The translations under genes and the position numbers were made by a program. Below are positions 62,527 through 64,000 of a DNA stretch of 64,000 nt, in pieces; position 1 is the first letter of the stretch, and each line of letters starts with the position of its first letter. Source of the stretch: Myxococcota bacterium (GTDB lineage: Bacteria; Myxococcota_A; UBA9160; SZUA-336); assembly GCA_965247115.1 (NCBI GenBank), contig CBDFGR010000003.1, positions 960,001-1,024,000 of the forward strand, in the 5' to 3' direction. Under the pieces are notes generated by a model. The model made no database searches, was not told the origin of the DNA, and saw nothing but the letters and a program-made list of their open reading frames with translations.

Positions 62527-64000
62527 GTGAATTCCGTGCGTGGTCTGCTCTTACTCATGGCGTCGCTTTCGTGCGTGGCATGTGAAGCGAGTGCGCCCCC
62601 TACCGCCCCGGCGGTCTCGTCCAACGCTTGGCGACTCGGGGGCATGGTGGCTGCAGCCAACCCCTACGCTGTGCAGGCCGCGGTGGAGATTCTCGAAGCG
62701 GGGGGCCACGCGGTCGATGCGGCCATCGCCGCCCATGCGGTGCTCGGCCTGGTCGAGCCGCAGAGCTCCGGCCTGGGCGGTGGCGCGTTCATGCTCGTTT
62801 ACGAACGGGAGCCTCGAAAGCTGGTCGTGTACGACGGACGGGAAACGGCCCCGCACGGTGTGACGAAGGACCTGTTCCTCGACAAAGGCGAGCAGATCGG
62901 TTTTCTCGAGGCCTGGCAAAGCGGCCTGTCGGTCGGCGTACCCGGCGTAGTGGCTCTGTACGCCGACAGCCACCTCGCACACGGCAGGCTGGACATACAG
63001 ACCGTGCTAGAGCCCGCGATCCGTCTTGCCAAAGACGGCTTCGTCGTATCGCCGCGCATGGCTGGCTTCCTGGTCAGACTGCGTGACTACAGCCTGCTCG
63101 ACGACAATCCAGCGACCGCAGCCTACTTCTACCCAGACGGCGAGCCGTTGCAGGCTGGAGACCTGCGGCCCAATCCGGAGTACGCCGAGACGCTTCGGCG
63201 CTTCGCAGCGCGCGGCGTGAGTGCTTTCTACACCGGTAAGGTGGCAGAACAGATCGTCAGCGCCGTTCAGGCAGGGCCGAGACCGGGCACGCTATCGCTC
63301 GACGACCTGGCCGCTTATGAGGTCATCGAACGCGAAGCGCTCTGCGCCGATGTCGCGGACAGGCGCATTTGCAGCGCGCCGCCACCCTCCTCCGGCGTCG
63401 CCCAGGTGATGATCCTGGCCCTGTACGACAGCCTCATCGCGGGGCAGGATGCAACGGATCAAGCGGGACGACTGAGTGCCTTCGTCGACGCCCAACGACT
63501 CTCCTACGCGGACCGCGATCACTACATCGCCGACCCGGACTTCGTCGCCGTGCCCACCCGCGACCTGATCGAGCCCAGATATCTGAGCGCCCGCGCATTA
63601 CAGCGCTTCGCGCCGACCGACACGCCAACCCCCGGCGATCCCGGGGCGGTGCTACGGGGCGAGCCTATCCGCGCGATGTGGGGCGCTGATGTCACTGACA
63701 GCGCGCCCGGCACGTCGCACCTCTCCATCGTCGACACCGATGGCAATGCCGTGTCGATGAGCGCTTCGGTCGAAGCGCCGTTCGGCTCGTCGCGCTGGGC
63801 CGCCGGCTTTGTTCTCAACAATGAGCTCACCGATTTCGCGCGCCAACCCATGGTAGACGGCAAGCTGGCGGCCAACGTAGCCGCGCCGCACAAACGGCCG
63901 CGCTCGTCCATGTCGCCGCTAATGGTGTTCGATGCGGCCGGTACTCTCGAGCTGATGTCGGGCTCGGCCGGTGGCAACTCGATCATCGCCTATATCGCCA
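62527..64000 (+). CDS. ggt: Gamma-glutamyltransferase, probable lipoprotein (3' end outside window; missing from ORF track)
   Basis: Frame read by hand: GMVAAANP, GG.AVDAA, VEPQSSGLGGG, GTSHLSIVD (catalytic Thr), KRPRSSMSP, GSAGG. Confidence 0.93.
   Translation, partial: MNSVRGLLLLMASLSCVACEASAPPTAPAVSSNAWRLGGMVAAANPYAVQAAVEILEAGGHAVDAAIAAHAVLGLVEPQSSGLGGGAFMLVYEREPRKLVVYDGRETAPHGVTKDLFLDKGEQIGFLEAWQSGLSVGVPGVVALYADSHLAHGRLDIQTVLEPAIRLAKDGFVVSPRMAGFLVRLRDYSLLDDNPATAAYFYPDGEPLQAGDLRPNPEYAETLRRFAARGVSAFYTGKVAEQIVSAVQAGPRPGTLSLDDLAAYEVIEREALCADVADRRICSAPPPSSGVAQVMILALYDSLIAGQDATDQAGRLSAFVDAQRLSYADRDHYIADPDFVAVPTRDLIEPRYLSARALQRFAPTDTPTPGDPGAVLRGEPIRAMWGADVTDSAPGTSHLSIVDTDGNAVSMSASVEAPFGSSRWAAGFVLNNELTDFARQPMVDGKLAANVAAPHKRPRSSMSPLMVFDAAGTLELMSGSAGGNSIIAYIA

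Overview
High-GC bacterial DNA whose core gene order resembles that of Deltaproteobacteria/Myxococcota (inference). It has two halves separated by a tRNA-Val(CAC) at 34247-34321. The right half (34.3-64 kb) is a housekeeping backbone, mostly on the minus strand: recN, FHA, M23 peptidase, secA, argJ; rpsB-tsf-pyrH-frr-uppS-dxr-rseP-tsaB; ilvC-pssA-leuA-leuB-asd-like-truA; rplM-rpsI-kdsB-pyrG; with rarA and ggt on the plus strand. The left half is accessory. It holds catabolic oxidoreductases (Mo-hydroxylase, P450, LLM, GST-kappa pair) and a mosaic of single genes and gene scars next to the tRNA 3' end. The most notable locus is a five-gene operon (11.8-22.4 kb): an acidic Ig-repeat adhesin split by a 1-nt frameshift, a TPR-sulfotransferase with a TPST-like PAPS loop, and a complete type I secretion system. 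This is a candidate dedicated 'sulfate-and-secrete' system. Also notable: a 234-bp inversion that flips the RBS and first ~67 codons of an EthD-type gene and restores the frame when reversed; a probable AUU start for secA; a catalytically dead Asd paralogue; and absence of cdsA, psd and kdsA from their usual positions. All calls come from motif recognition by eye; no database searches were run.
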